Shown one piece after another: positions 23,414-23,904 of a stretch of DNA of 23,904 nucleotides. The stretch's first letter is position 1, and every line of letters starts with the position of its first letter. Both the position numbers and the translations under genes were made by a program. The notes beneath the pieces were generated by a model. It had not been told where the DNA came from. It did not search any database and worked only from the letters and a program-made list of their open reading frames with translations. The stretch comes from an uncultured virus (IMG/VR IMGVR_UViG_3300031952_000012) (taxonomy: Duplodnaviria; Heunggongvirae; Uroviricota; Caudoviricetes): the IMG/VR virus record IMGVR_UViG_3300031952_000012, one strand, 5' to 3'.

Positions 23414-23902
23414 CTATCGCTTTGAGAACTTTTTCTTTCCATACTGCTCTGAGATAGGCTCTCCCTGTCGGCAGAGTTTATTCGATATTTTCGAGATCGT
23501 CACCTCGTAATGGTAGACCTCGACGCCGATTCTCATTCCTATCGTACACGTGACGATTCGTCGACGGGCACCGCATCGCTGGCACCTTCCGACGTGCGCG
23601 CGAAGAGTCGCCGACCAACCCTCAGGGAGTTTCTCTTTGATCTCCTCGTAGATCTCGAATTGCTCGGGCGTGCACGAGATGTTGCCATGCTCGCTCGCGA
23701 ACTTGACGTCCTTGTCCTCGCAGTATTCCGAATCGCAAACGTCGACGGGGCGCATCGAACACCACCTCGGATACGTGTCGAGACCGTATCGAGTAAGCAT
23801 AATCTTCTTGAGCTCGGCGAGCGCCTGCTCGTGACCGAGGTGTCCTTCTCGCCATTGACGCAAGAGCGCTTCTTCCTTTTGCGCGTCGGCGTGTGAAATC
23901 AA
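23414..23902 (-). CDS. Hypothetical protein (start probably beyond the window edge)
   Basis: Open frame of 162 aa reaching the right edge; CQRC motif. Confidence 0.55.
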   Translation of the reverse strand: MISHADAQKEEALLRQWREGHLGHEQALAELKKIMLTRYGLDTYPRWCSMRPVDVCDSEYCEDKDVKFASEHGNISCTPEQFEIYEEIKEKLPEGWSATLRAHVGRCQRCGARRRIVTCTIGMRIGVEVYHYEVTISKISNKLCRQGEPISEQYGKKKFSKR

Positions 23903-23904
23903 AT

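Noticed and set aside
357..23896. All plus-strand ORFs and nested alternative-frame ORFs in the track
   Set aside because: They are shadows of well-supported minus-strand genes, with no motifs or RBSs.
1..23904. Stop-codon reassignment, tRNA genes, integrase or cas genes
   Set aside because: Genes are full length in the standard code with TAA, TAG and TGA all used as stops. No tRNA cloverleaf, integrase or cas motif was recognised.

Overview
A 23.9-kb piece of a tailed dsDNA phage or prophage (Caudoviricetes). Essentially all genes lie on the minus strand and use the standard code, many with ATGA/TGATG overlaps. In transcription order (right to left) the window holds four blocks. (1) About 6.4 kb of small accessory genes (23904-17506). 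These contain a cas-less type I-E-like CRISPR mini-array (repeat, spacer, degenerate repeat; 22659-22747) and several direct repeats sitting on stop/RBS/ATG junctions. (2) Small and large terminase, a peptide deformylase-like gene and the portal. (3) An unusually expanded head module: RyR-domain protein, HAD phosphatase, Zn-finger protein, two HNH proteins, a beta-helix fibre-like protein with an AT-rich core, a gpF/SPP1-gp7-like minor head protein, four tiny proteins ending in a Pro-Phe motif (one missing from the ORF track), two beta-rich proteins, scaffold and major capsid protein. (4) A roughly 500-nt, almost completely base-paired non-coding region directly after the capsid gene (candidate large ncRNA), then head-tail joining/neck genes. 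All protein calls come from motifs recognised by eye and from gene order. No database searches or folding programs were run.
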